Shown here one piece after another: positions 40,553-55,114 of a stretch of 56,212 bases of DNA (position 1 is its first letter; each line of letters starts with the position of its first letter). Source of the DNA: Azolla caroliniana (lineage: Eukaryota > Plantae > Polypodiophyta). A program made the position numbers and the translations under genes. Location of the stretch: contig JBHGNT010000191.1 of NCBI GenBank assembly GCA_043228905.1, positions 1-56,212 of the forward strand, given 5' to 3'. Below the pieces are notes generated by a model, which saw only the letters and a program-made list of their open reading frames with translations, did not search any database and was not told the origin of the DNA.

Positions 40553-42097
40553 ACGACAATATCATATATTAAATTTCGGACGCATATCATGTGTTAACTG
40601 TTTGACGACTCAAAAACTCAAGACCTAAAGTAGATGTTACGATAATGTACAATTAACAAAATAGTCAATATTATGTTTGAAGGATTCATGACGAACATTA
40701 CTTTGATTTTTCTCTCCTAACATCAATTTCTAAACTTAATCCCATTATTCGATTAATGGTAGAGGTTTCAAATGAAATTGGACAAAACCTTATGTTGTTC
40801 GGGACAACAAGAAGCAGTATCTTTGGTTGTGGTTATTCGTCAACATTGGTACGACAAATTGGTACACCAACAATTATAGTTTGGATAACTGGATACAATT
40901 TCAAAAAATACGCATAGATTGCAGAATAATGGTCAAATGTCGATGAGCATTGCACCATGTTTCTTTATTTGTAACAAAGGGCTAGAATGGTACATTAACT
41001 ATTTCATTTACTAAATGAATTCCATTGTAATCAAGTTGCCTCGGATCCTTGCTTTCTACCTGAGACGCCCGGGTACAAGTAGATCTATCATATATCATGA
41101 GTTAATGTGGCATTGATAAAAACCCTTGACATTACTAAATGTTAAAAATGAAAGTGTGTTAGAATAATCCTCAGTTTTTTGTTGATGCTTGCAAACTTAA
41201 TCCCATTATTCAATTAATAGGAGAGGTTTCAAATGAAATTTGACAAAACATTAGGTTGTTCGGGACAAGAAGAAACAATATATTTAGTCGTGGTTATTTG
41301 TCAGCATGGTTACGACAAATTAGTACACCGACAATTATAGTTTGGATAACTTCATAGAGTTTCCCGAAATACGCATAGATTGTAGAATAATGGTGAACTC
41401 TCGATCAACATTGCGTCATAGTTCTTTATTTGAAGCAAAGCACTAGAATATTATATTAACTAATTCATGTACTGAATCAATTCTATTGTAGTCTAGTTGG
41501 TTCGGATCCTTGTTTTTTACACGAGACTCCGGGGTACAACAATAGCCATTGGAAAAACTAGATACATCATAGATCATTATGTAATGTCACATCGATAAAA
41601 CCCCTTGAAATGATTAAATGTTAAAAACGAGAGTGTGTGAGAGCAATCCTCAATTTCTTGTTGATGCTTGCGCAATATGTAAATACTATTTACTACTAAT
41701 CTATGATTGCAATATATCTATACACAAGATAGGAGCCATTGTAATCTAGTTGGTTAGGGACAACATTATGTTGTTCGGGACAACAAGAAGCAGTATATTT
41801 GGTTTTGGTTAATCGTCAACATTGGTACGACAAATTACTACACCAACAATTATAGTTTGGATATCACAATACAATTTCAAGCAATACGCATAGATCGCAG
41901 ACTATTGGTCAAATGTCGATGAGCATTGCACCATGTTTCTATATTTGAAGTAAACCACTAGAATATTACATTAACTAAATCATTTACTAAATGAATTCCA
42001 TTGTAGTCTTGTTGGTTCGGATCCTTCTTTAAGCAATATATAAATATTATTTATTACGAATCAATGATTGTTACGATAAAAAGCGCACAACATGTGA

Positions 42098-42170
42098 TCC
42101 ATTGTAGTCTAGTTGGTTAGGATACTCGGCTCTCACCCGAGAGACCCGGGTTCAACTCCCGGCAATGGAA
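42098..42170 (+). tRNA. tRNA-Glu(CTC)
   Basis: Same sequence as 1298-1370. Confidence 0.97.
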
Positions 42171-43715
42171 ACGACAATATCATATATTAAATTTCGGACG
42201 CATATCATGTGTTAACTGTTTGACGACTCAAAAACTCAAGACCTAAAGTAGATGTTACGATAATGTACAATTAACAAAATAGTCAATATTATGTTTGAAG
42301 GATTCATGACGAACATTACTTTGATTTTTCTCTCCTAACATCAATTTCTAAACTTAATCCCATTATTCGATTAATGGTAGAGGTTTCAAATGAAATTGGA
42401 CAAAACCTTATGTTGTTCGGGACAACAAGAAGCAGTATCTTTGGTTGTGGTTATTCGTCAACATTGGTACGACAAATTGGTACACCAACAATTATAGTTT
42501 GGATAACTGGATACAATTTCAAAAAATACGCATAGATTGCAGAATAATGGTCAAATGTCGATGAGCATTGCACCATGTTTCTTTATTTGTAACAAAGGGC
42601 TAGAATGGTACATTAACTATTTCATTTACTAAATGAATTCCATTGTAATCAAGTTGCCTCGGATCCTTGCTTTCTACCTGAGACGCCCGGGTACAAGTAG
42701 ATCTATCATATATCATGAGTTAATGTGGCATCGATAAAAACCCTTGACATTACTAAATGTTAAAAATGAAAGTGTGTTAGAATAATCCTCAGTTTTTTGT
42801 TGATGCTTGCAAACTTAATCCCATTATTCAATTAATAGGAGAGGTTTCAAATGAAATTTGACAAAACATTAGGTTGTTCGGGACAAGAAGAAACAATATA
42901 TTTAGTCGTGGTTATTTGTCAGCATGGTTACGACAAATTAGTACACCGACAATTATAGTTTGGATAACTTCATAGAGTTTCCCGAAATACGCATAGATTG
43001 TAGAATAATGGTGAACTCTCGATCAACATTGCGTCATAGTTCTTTATTTGAAGCAAAGCACTAGAATATTATATTAACTAATTCATGTACTGAATCAATT
43101 CTATTGTAGTCTAGTTGGTTCGGATCCTTGTTTTTTACACGAGACTCCGGGGTACAACAATAGCCATTGGAAAAACTAGATACATCATAGATCATTATGT
43201 AATGTCACATCGATAAAACCCCTTGAAATGATTAAATGTTAAAAACGAGAGTGTGTGAGAGCAATCCTCAATTTCTTGTTGATGCTTGCGCAATATGTAA
43301 ATACTATTTATTACTAATCTATGATTGCAATATATCTATACACAAGATAGGAGCCATTGTAATCTAGTTGGTTAGGGACAACATTATGTTGTTCGGGACA
43401 ACAAGAAGCAGTATATTTGGTTTTGGTTAATCGTCAACATTGGTACGACAAATTACTACACCAACAATTATAGTTTGGATATCACAATACAATTTCAAGC
43501 AATACGCATAGATCGCAGACTATTGGTCAAATGTCGATGAGCATTGCACCATGTTTCTATATTTGAAGTAAACCACTAGAATATTACATTAACTAAATCA
43601 TTTACTAAATGAATTCCATTGTAGTCTTGTTGGTTCGGATCCTTGTTTAAGCAATATATAAATATTATTTATTACGAATCAATGATTGTTACGATAAAAA
43701 GCGCACAACATGTGA

Positions 43716-43788
43716 TCCATTGTAGTCTAGTTGGTTAGGATACTCGGCTCTCACCCGAGAGACCCGGGTTCAACTCCCGGCAATGGAA
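43716..43788 (+). tRNA. tRNA-Glu(CTC)
   Basis: Same sequence as 1298-1370. Confidence 0.97.
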
Positions 43789-45333
43789 ACGACAATATCA
43801 TATATTAAATTTCGGACGCATATCATGTGTTAACTGTTTGACGACTCAAAAACTCAAGACCTAAAGTAGATGTTACGATAATGTACAATTAACAAAATAG
43901 TCAATATTATGTTTGAAGGATTCATGACGAACATTACTTTGATTTTTCTCTCCTAACATCAATTTCTAAACTTAATCCCATTATTCGATTAATGGTAGAG
44001 GTTTCAAATGAAATTGGACAAAACCTTATGTTGTTCGGGACAACAAGAAGCAGTATCTTTGGTTGTGGTTATTCGTCAACATTGGTACGACAAATTGGTA
44101 CACCAACAATTATAGTTTGGATAACTGGATACAATTTCAAAAAATACGCATAGATTGCAGAATAATGGTCAAATGTCGATGAGCATTGCACCATGTTTCT
44201 TTATTTGTAACAAAGGGCTAGAATGGTACATTAACTATTTCATTTACTAAATGAATTCCATTGTAATCAAGTTGCCTCGGATCCTTGCTTTCTACCTGAG
44301 ACGCCCGGGTACAAGTAGATCTATCATATATCATGAGTTAATGTGGCATCGATAAAAACCCTTGACATTACTAAATGTTAAAAATGAAAGTGTGTTAGAA
44401 TAATCCTCAGTTTTTTGTTGATGCTTGCAAACTTAATCCCATTATTCAATTAATAGGAGAGGTTTCAAATGAAATTTGACAAAACATTAGGTTGTTCGGG
44501 ACAAGAAGAAACAATATATTTAGTCGTGGTTATTTGTCAGCATGGTTACGACAAATTAGTACACCGACAATTATAGTTTGGATAACTTCATAGAGTTTCC
44601 CGAAATACGCATAGATTGTAGAATAATGGTGAACTCTCGATCAACATTGCGTCATAGTTCTTTATTTGAAGCAAAGCACTAGAATATTATATTAACTAAT
44701 TCATGTACTGAATCAATTCTATTGTAGTCTAGTTGGTTCGGATCCTTGTTTTTTACACGAGACTCCGGGGTACAACAATAGCCATTGGAAAAACTAGATA
44801 CATCATAGATCATTATGTAATGTCACATCGATAAAACCCCTTGAAATGATTAAATGTTAAAAACGAGAGTGTGTGAGAGCAATCCTCAATTTCTTGTTGA
44901 TGCTTGCGCAATATGTAAATACTATTTACTACTAATCTATGATTGCAATATATCTATACACAAGATAGGAGCCATTGTAATCTAGTTGGTTAGGGACAAC
45001 ATTATGTTGTTCGGGACAACAAGAAGCAGTATATTTGGTTTTGGTTAATCGTCAACATTGGTACGACAAATTACTACACCAACAATTATAGTTTGGATAT
45101 CACAATACAATTTCAAGCAATACGCATAGATCGCAGACTATTGGTCAAATGTCGATGAGCATTGCACCATGTTTCTATATTTGAAGTAAACCACTAGAAT
45201 ATTACATTAACTAAATCATTTACTAAATGAATTCCATTGTAGTCTTGTTGGTTCGGATCCTTCTTTAAGCAATATATAAATATTATTTATTACGAATCAA
45301 TGATTGTTACGATAAAAAGCGCACAACATGTGA

Positions 45334-45406
45334 TCCATTGTAGTCTAGTTGGTTAGGATACTCGGCTCTCACCCGAGAGACCCGGGTTCAACTCCCGGCA
45401 ATGGAA
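45334..45406 (+). tRNA. tRNA-Glu(CTC)
   Basis: Same sequence as 1298-1370. Confidence 0.97.
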
Positions 45407-46951
45407 ACGACAATATCATATATTAAATTTCGGACGCATATCGTGTGTTAACTGTTTGACGACTCAAAAACTCAAGACCTAAAGTAGATGTTACGATAAT
45501 GTACAATTAACAAAATAGTCAATATTATGTTTGAAGGATTCATGACGAACATTACTTTGATTTTTCTCTCCTAACATCAATTTCTAAACTTAATCCCATT
45601 ATTCGATTAATGGTAGAGGTTTCAAATGAAATTGGACAAAACCTTATGTTGTTCGGGACAACAAGAAGCAGTATCTTTGGTTGTGGTTATTCGTCAACAT
45701 TGGTACGACAAATTGGTACACCAACAATTATAGTTTGGATAACTGGATACAATTTCAAAAAATACGCATAGATTGCAGAATAATGGTCAAATGTCGATGA
45801 GCATTGCACCATGTTTCTTTATTTGTAACAAAGGGCTAGAATGGTACATTAACTATTTCATTTACTAAATGAATTCCATTGTAATCAAGTTGCCTCGGAT
45901 CCTTGCTTTCTACCTGAGACGCCCGGGTACAAGTAGATCTATCATATATCATGAGTTAATGTGGCATCGATAAAAACCCTTGACATTACTAAATGTTAAA
46001 AATGAAAGTGTGTTAGAATAATCCTCAGTTTTTTGTTGATGCTTGCAAACTTAATCCCATTATTCAATTAATAGGAGAGGTTTCAAATGAAATTTGACAA
46101 AACATTAGGTTGTTCGGGACAAGAAGAAACAATATATTTAGTCGTGGTTATTTGTCAGCATGGTTACGACAAATTAGTACACCGACAATTATAGTTTGGA
46201 TAACTTCATAGAGTTTCCCGAAATACGCATAGATTGTAGAATAATGGTGAACTCTCGATCAACATTGCGTCATAGTTCTTTATTTGAAGCAAAGCACTAG
46301 AATATTATATTAACTAATTCATGTACTGAATCAATTCTATTGTAGTCTAGTTGGTTCGGATCCTTGTTTTTTACACGAGACTCCGGGGTACAACAATAGC
46401 CATTGGAAAAACTAGATACATCATAGATCATTATGTAATGTCACATCGATAAAACCCCTTGAAATGATTAAATGTTAAAAACGAGAGTGTGTGAGAGCAA
46501 TCCTCAATTTCTTGTTGATGCTTGCGCAATATGTAAATACTATTTACTACTAATCTATGATTGCAATATATCTATACACAAGATAGGAGCCATTGTAATC
46601 TAGTTGGTTAGGGACAACATTATGTTGTTCGGGACAACAAGAAGCAGTATATTTGGTTTTGGTTAATCGTCAACATTGGTACGACAAATTACTACACCAA
46701 CAATTATAGTTTGGATATCACAATACAATTTCAAGCAATACGCATAGATCGCAGACTATTGGTCAAATGTCGATGAGCATTGCACCATGTTTCTATATTT
46801 GAAGTAAACCACTAGAATATTACATTAACTAAATCATTTACTAAATGAATTCCATTGTAGTCTTGTTGGTTCGGATCCTTCTTTAAGCAATATATAAATA
46901 TTATTTATTACGAATCAATGATTGTTACGATAAAAAGCGCACAACATGTGA

Positions 46952-47024
46952 TCCATTGTAGTCTAGTTGGTTAGGATACTCGGCTCTCACCCGAGAGACC
47001 CGGGTTCAACTCCCGGCAATGGAA
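46952..47024 (+). tRNA. tRNA-Glu(CTC)
   Basis: Same sequence as 1298-1370. Confidence 0.97.
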
Positions 47025-48569
47025 ACGACAATATCATATATTAAATTTCGGACGCATATCATGTGTTAACTGTTTGACGACTCAAAAACTCAAGACCTAA
47101 AGTAGATGTTACGATAATGTACAATTAACAAAATAGTCAATATTATGTTTGAAGGATTCATGACGAACATTACTTTGATTTTTCTCTCCTAACATCAATT
47201 TCTAAACTTAATCCCATTATTCGATTAATGGTAGAGGTTTCAAATGAAATTGGACAAAACCTTATGTTGTTCGGGACAACAAGAAGCAGTATCTTTGGTT
47301 GTGGTTATTCGTCAACATTGGTACGACAAATTGGTACACCAACAATTATAGTTTGGATAACTGGATACAATTTCAAAAAATACGCATAGATTGCAGAATA
47401 ATGGTCAAATGTCGATGAGCATTGCACCATGTTTCTTTATTTGTAACAAAGGGCTAGAATGGTACATTAACTATTTCATTTACTAAATGAATTCCATTGT
47501 AATCAAGTTGCCTCGGATCCTTGCTTTCTACCTGAGACGCCCGGGTACAAGTAGATCTATCATATATCATGAGTTAATGTGGCATCGATAAAAACCCTTG
47601 ACATTACTAAATGTTAAAAATGAAAGTGTGTTAGAATAATCCTCAGTTTTTTGTTGATGCTTGCAAACTTAATCCCATTATTCAATTAATAGGAGAGGTT
47701 TCAAATGAAATTTGACAAAACATTAGGTTGTTCGGGACAAGAAGAAACAATATATTTAGTCGTGGTTATTTGTCAGCATGGTTACGACAAATTAGTACAC
47801 CGACAATTATAGTTTGGATAACTTCATAGAGTTTCCCGAAATACGCATAGATTGTAGAATAATGGTGAACTCTCGATCAACATTGCGTCATAGTTCTTTA
47901 TTTGAAGCAAAGCACTAGAATATTATATTAACTAATTCATGTACTGAATCAATTCTATTGTAGTCTAGTTGGTTCGGATCCTTGTTTTTTACACGAGACT
48001 CCGGGGTACAACAATAGCCATTGGAAAAACTAGATACATCATAGATCATTATGTAATGTCACATCGATAAAACCCCTTGAAATGATTAAATGTTAAAAAC
48101 GAGAGTGTGTGAGAGCAATCCTCAATTTCTTGTTGATGCTTGCGCAATATGTAAATACTATTTATTACTAATCTATGATTGCAATATATCTATACACAAG
48201 ATAGGAGCCATTGTAATCTAGTTGGTTAGGGACAACATTATGTTGTTCGGGACAACAAGAAGCAGTATATTTGGTTTTGGTTAATCGTCAACATTGGTAC
48301 GACAAATTACTACACCAACAATTATAGTTTGGATATCACAATACAATTTCAAGCAATACGCATAGATCGCAGACTATTGGTCAAATGTCGATGAGCATTG
48401 CACCATGTTTCTATATTTGAAGTAAACCACTAGAATATTACATTAACTAAATCATTTACTAAATGAATTCCATTGTAGTCTTGTTGGTTCGGATCCTTGT
48501 TTAAGCAATATATAAATATTATTTATTACGAATCAATGATTGTTACGATAAAAAGCGCACAACATGTGA

Positions 48570-48642
48570 TCCATTGTAGTCTAGTTGGTTAGGATACTCG
48601 GCTCTCACCCGAGAGACCCGGGTTCAACTCCCGGCAATGGAA
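48570..48642 (+). tRNA. tRNA-Glu(CTC)
   Basis: Same sequence as 1298-1370. Confidence 0.97.
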
Positions 48643-50187
48643 ACGACAATATCATATATTAAATTTCGGACGCATATCATGTGTTAACTGTTTGACGACT
48701 CAAAAACTCAAGACCTAAAGTAGATGTTACGATAATGTACAATTAACAAAATAGTCAATATTATGTTTGAAGGATTCATGACGAACATTACTTTGATTTT
48801 TCTCTCCTAACATCAATTTCTAAACTTAATCCCATTATTCGATTAATGGTAGAGGTTTCAAATGAAATTGGACAAAACCTTATGTTGTTCGGGACAACAA
48901 GAAGCAGTATCTTTGGTTGTGGTTATTCGTCAACATTGGTACGACAAATTGGTACACCAACAATTATAGTTTGGATAACTGGATACAATTTCAAAAAATA
49001 CGCATAGATTGCAGAATAATGGTCAAATGTCGATGAGCATTGCACCATGTTTCTTTATTTGTAACAAAGGGCTAGAATGGTACATTAACTATTTCATTTA
49101 CTAAATGAATTCCATTGTAATCAAGTTGCCTCGGATCCTTGCTTTCTACCTGAGACGCCCGGGTACAAGTAGATCTATCATATATCATGAGTTAATGTGG
49201 CATCGATAAAAACCCTTGACATTACTAAATGTTAAAAATGAAAGTGTGTTAGAATAATCCTCAGTTTTTTGTTGATGCTTGCAAACTTAATCCCATTATT
49301 CAATTAATAGGAGAGGTTTCAAATGAAATTTGACAAAACATTAGGTTGTTCGGGACAAGAAGAAACAATATATTTAGTCGTGGTTATTTGTCAGCATGGT
49401 TACGACAAATTAGTACACCGACAATTATAGTTTGGATAACTTCATAGAGTTTCCCGAAATACGCATAGATTGTAGAATAATGGTGAACTCTCGATCAACA
49501 TTGCGTCATAGTTCTTTATTTGAAGCAAAGCACTAGAATATTATATTAACTAATTCATGTACTGAATCAATTCTATTGTAGTCTAGTTGGTTCGGATCCT
49601 TGTTTTTTACACGAGACTCCGGGGTACAACAATAGCCATTGGAAAAACTAGATACATCATAGATCATTATGTAATGTCACATCGATAAAACCCCTTGAAA
49701 TGATTAAATGTTAAAAACGAGAGTGTGTGAGAGCAATCCTCAATTTCTTGTTGATGCTTGCGCAATATGTAAATACTATTTACTACTAATCTATGATTGC
49801 AATATATCTATACACAAGATAGGAGCCATTGTAATCTAGTTGGTTAGGGACAACATTATGTTGTTCGGGACAACAAGAAGCAGTATATTTGGTTTTGGTT
49901 AATCGTCAACATTGGTACGACAAATTACTACACCAACAATTATAGTTTGGATATCACAATACAATTTCAAGCAATACGCATAGATCGCAGACTATTGGTC
50001 AAATGTCGATGAGCATTGCACCATGTTTCTATATTTGAAGTAAACCACTAGAATATTACATTAACTAAATCATTTACTAAATGAATTCCATTGTAGTCTT
50101 GTTGGTTCGGATCCTTCTTTAAGCAATATATAAATATTATTTATTACGAATCAATGATTGTTACGATAAAAAGCGCACAACATGTGA

Positions 50188-50260
50188 TCCATTGTAGTCT
50201 AGTTGGTTAGGATACTCGGCTCTCACCCGAGAGACCCGGGTTCAACTCCCGGCAATGGAA
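50188..50260 (+). tRNA. tRNA-Glu(CTC)
   Basis: Same sequence as 1298-1370. Confidence 0.97.
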
Positions 50261-51805
50261 ACGACAATATCATATATTAAATTTCGGACGCATATCGTGT
50301 GTTAACTGTTTGACGACTCAAAAACTCAAGACCTAAAGTAGATGTTACGATAATGTACAATTAACAAAATAGTCAATATTATGTTTGAAGGATTCATGAC
50401 GAACATTACTTTGATTTTTCTCTCCTAACATCAATTTCTAAACTTAATCCCATTATTCGATTAATGGTAGAGGTTTCAAATGAAATTGGACAAAACCTTA
50501 TGTTGTTCGGGACAACAAGAAGCAGTATCTTTGGTTGTGGTTATTCGTCAACATTGGTACGACAAATTGGTACACCAACAATTATAGTTTGGATAACTGG
50601 ATACAATTTCAAAAAATACGCATAGATTGCAGAATAATGGTCAAATGTCGATGAGCATTGCACCATGTTTCTTTATTTGTAACAAAGGGCTAGAATGGTA
50701 CATTAACTATTTCATTTACTAAATGAATTCCATTGTAATCAAGTTGCCTCGGATCCTTGCTTTCTACCTGTGACGCCCGGGTACAAGTAGATCTATCATA
50801 TATCATGAGTTAATGTGGCATCGATAAAAGCCCTTGACATTACTAAATGTTAAAAATGAAAGTGTGTTAGAATAATCCTCAGTTTTTTGTTGATGCTTGC
50901 AAACTTAATCCCATTATTCAATTAATAGGAGAGGTTTCAAATGAAATTTGACAAAACATTAGGTTGTTCGGGACAAGAAGAAACAATATATTTAGTCGTG
51001 GTTATTTGTCAGCATGGTTACGACAAATTAGTACACCGACAATTATAGTTTGGATAACTTCATAGAGTTTCCCGAAATACGCATAGATTGTAGAATAATG
51101 GTGAACTCTCGATCAACATTGCGTCATAGTTCTTTATTTGAAGAAAAGCACTAGAATATTATATTAACTAATTCATGTACTGAATCAATTCTATTGTAGT
51201 CTAGTTGGTTCGGATCCTTGTTTTTTACACGAGACTCCGGGGTACAACAATAGCCATTGGAAAAACTAGATACATCATAGATCATTATGTAATGTCACAT
51301 CGATAAAACCCCTTGAAATGATTAAATGTTAAAAACGAGAGTGTGTGAGAGCAATCCTCAGTTTCTTGTTGATGCTTGCGCAATATGTAAATACTATTTA
51401 TTACTAATCTATGATTGCAATATATCTATACACAAGATAGGAGCCATTGTAATCTAGTTGGTTAGGGACAACATTATGTTGTTCGGGACAACAAGAAGCA
51501 GTATCTTTGGTTTTGGTTAATCGTCAACATTGGTACGACAAATTAGTACACCAACAATTATAGTTTGGATATCACAATACAATTTCAAGCAATACGCATA
51601 GATGGCAGACTATTGGTCAACTGTCGATGAGCATTGCACCATGTTTCTATATTTGAAGTAAACCACTAGAATATTACATTAACTAAATCATTTACTAAAT
51701 GAATTCCATTGTAGTCTTGTTGGTTCGGATCCTTGTTTAAGCAATATATAAATATTATTTATTACGAATCAATGATTGTTACGATAAAAAGCGCACAACA
51801 TGTGA

Positions 51806-51878
51806 TCCATTGTAGTCTAGTTGGTTAGGATACTCGGCTCTCACCCGAGAGACCCGGGTTCAACTCCCGGCAATGGAA
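51806..51878 (+). tRNA. tRNA-Glu(CTC)
   Basis: Same sequence as 1298-1370. Confidence 0.97.
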
Positions 51879-53423
51879 ACGACAATATCATATATTAAAT
51901 TTCGGACGCATATCATGTGTTAACTGTTTGACGACTCAAAAACTCAAGACCTAAAGTAGATGTTACGATAATGTACAATTAACAACATAGTCAATATTAT
52001 GTTTGAAGGATTCATGACGAACATTACTTTGATTTTTCTCTCCTAACATCAATTTCTAAACTTAATCCCATTATTCGATTAATGGTAGAGGTTTCAAATG
52101 AAATTGGACAAAACCTTATGTTGTTCGGGACAACAAGAAGCAGTATCTTTGGTTGTGGTTATTCGTCAACATTGGTACGACAAATTGGTACACCAACAAT
52201 TATAGTTTGGATAACTGGATACAATTTCAAAAAATACGCATAGATTGCAGAATAATGGTCAAATGTCGATGAGCATTGCACCATGTTTCTTTATTTGTAA
52301 CAAAGGGCTAGAATGGTACATTAACTATTTCATTTACTAAATGAATTCCATTGTAATCAAGTTGCCTCGGATCCTTGCTTTCTACCTGAGACGCCCGGGT
52401 ACAAGTAGATCTATCATATATCATGAGTTAATGTGGCATCGATAAAAGCCCTTGACATTACTAAATGTTAAAAATGAAAGTGTGTTAGAATAATCCTCAG
52501 TTTTTTGTTGATGCTTGCAAACTTAATCCCATTATTCAATTAATAGGAGAGGTTTCAAATGAAATTTGACAAAACATTAGGTTGTTCGGGACAAGAAGAA
52601 ACAATATATTTAGTCGTGGTTATTTGTCAGCATGGTTACGACAAATTAGTACACCGACAATTATAGTTTGGATAACTTCATAGAGTTTCCCGAAATACGC
52701 ATAGATTGTAGAATAATGGTGAACTCTCGATCAACATTGCGTCATAGTTCTTTATTTGAAGCAAAGCACTAGAATATTATATTAACTAATTCATGTACTG
52801 AATCAATTCTATTGTAGTCTAGTTGGTTCGGATCCTTGTTTTTTACACGAGACTCCGGGGTACAACAATAGCCATTGGAAAAACTAGATACATCATAGAT
52901 CATTATGTAATGTCACATCGATAAAACCCCTTGAAATGATTAAATGTTAAAAACGAGAGTGTGTGAGAGCAATCCTCAATTTCTTGTTGATGCTTGCGCA
53001 ATATGTAAATACTATTTATTACTAATCTATGATTGCAATATATCTATACACAAGATAGGAGCCATTGTAATCTAGTTGGTTAGGGACAACATTATGTTGT
53101 TCGGGACAACAAGAAGCAGTATCTTTGGTTTTGGTTAATCGTCAACATTGGTACGACAAATTAGTACACCAACAATTATAGTTTGGATATCACAATACAA
53201 TTTCAAGCAATACGCATAGATGGCAGACTATTGGTCAACTGTCGATGAGCATTGCACCATGTTTCTATATTTGAAGTAAACCACTAGAATATTACATTAA
53301 CTAAATCATTTACTAAATGAATTCCATTGTAGTCTTGTTGGTTCGGATCCTTGTTTAAGCAATATATAAATATTATTTATTACGAATCAATGATTGTTAC
53401 GATAAAAAGCGCACAACATGTGA

Positions 53424-53496
53424 TCCATTGTAGTCTAGTTGGTTAGGATACTCGGCTCTCACGCGAGAGACCCGGGTTCAACTCCCGGCAATGGAA
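53424..53496 (+). tRNA. tRNA-Glu(CTC), anticodon-stem variant
   Basis: CTCTCACGCGAG: a C>G change at nt 40 gives a G:G mismatch closing the anticodon stem. Confidence 0.85.
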
Positions 53497-55041
53497 ACGA
53501 CAATATCATATATTAAATTTCGGACGCATATCATGTGTTAACTGTTTGACGACTCAAAAACTCAAGACCTAAAGTAGATGTTACGATAATGTACAATTAA
53601 CAACATAGTCAATATTATGTTTGAAGGATTCATGACGAACATTACTTTGATTTTTCTCTCCTAACATCAATTTCTAAACTTAATCCCATTATTCGATTAA
53701 TGGTAGAGGTTTCAAATGAAATTGGACAAAACCTTATGTTGTTCGGGACAACAAGAAGCAGTATCTTTGGTTGTGGTTATTCGTCAACATTGGTACGACA
53801 AATTGGTACACCAACAATTATAGTTTGGATAACTGGATACAATTTCAAAAAATACGCATAGATTGCAGAATAATGGTCAAATGTCGATGAGCATTGCACC
53901 ATGTTTCTTTATTTGTAACAAAGGGCTAGAATGGTACATTAACTATTTCATTTACTAAATGAATTCCATTGTAATCAAGTTGCCTCGGATCCTTGCTTTC
54001 TACCTGAGACGCCCGGGTACAAGTAGATCTATCATATATCATGAGTTAATGTGGCATCGATAAAAGCCCTTGACATTACTAAATGTTAAAAATGAAAGTG
54101 TGTTAGAATAATCCTCAGTTTTTTGTTGATGCTTGCAAACTTAATCCCATTATTCAATTAATAGGAGAGGTTTCAAATGAAATTTGACAAAACATTAGGT
54201 TGTTCGGGACAAGAAGAAACAATATATTTAGTCGTGGTTATTTGTCAGCATGGTTACGACAAATTAGTACACCGACAATTATAGTTTGGATAACTTCATA
54301 GAGTTTCCCGAAATACGCATAGATTGTAGAATAATGGTGAACTCTCGATCAACATTGCGTCATAGTTCTTTATTTGAAGCAAAGCACTAGAATATTATAT
54401 TAACTAATTCATGTACTGAATCAATTCTATTGTAGTCTAGTTGGTTCGGATCCTTGTTTTTTACACGAGACTCCGGGGTACAACAATAGCCATTGGAAAA
54501 ACTAGATACATCATAGATCATTATGTAATGTCACATCGATAAAACCCCTTGAAATGATTAAATGTTAAAAACGAGAGTGTGTGAGAGCAATCCTCAGTTT
54601 CTTGTTGATGCTTGCGCAATATGTAAATACTATTTATTACTAATCTATGATTGCAATATATCTATACACAAGATAGGAGCCATTGTAATCTAGTTGGTTA
54701 GGGACAACATTATGTTGTTCGGGACAACAAGAAGCAGTATATTTGGTTTTGGTTAATCGTCAACATTGGTACGACAAATTAGTACACCAACAATTATAGT
54801 TTGGATATCACAATACAATTTCAAGCAATACGCATAGATGGCAGACTATTGGTCAACTGTCGATGAGCATTGCACCATGTTTCTATATTTGAAGTAAACC
54901 ACTAGAATATTACATTAACTAAATCATTTACTAAATGAATTCCATTGTAGTCTTGTTGGTTCGGATCCTTCTTTAAGCAATATATAAATATTATTTATTA
55001 CGAATCAATGATTGTTACGATAAAAAGCGCACAACATGTGA

Positions 55042-55114
55042 TCCATTGTAGTCTAGTTGGTTAGGATACTCGGCTCTCACCCGAGAGACCCGGGTTCAAC
55101 TCCCGGCAATGGAA
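55042..55114 (+). tRNA. tRNA-Glu(CTC)
   Basis: Same sequence as 1298-1370. Confidence 0.97.
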
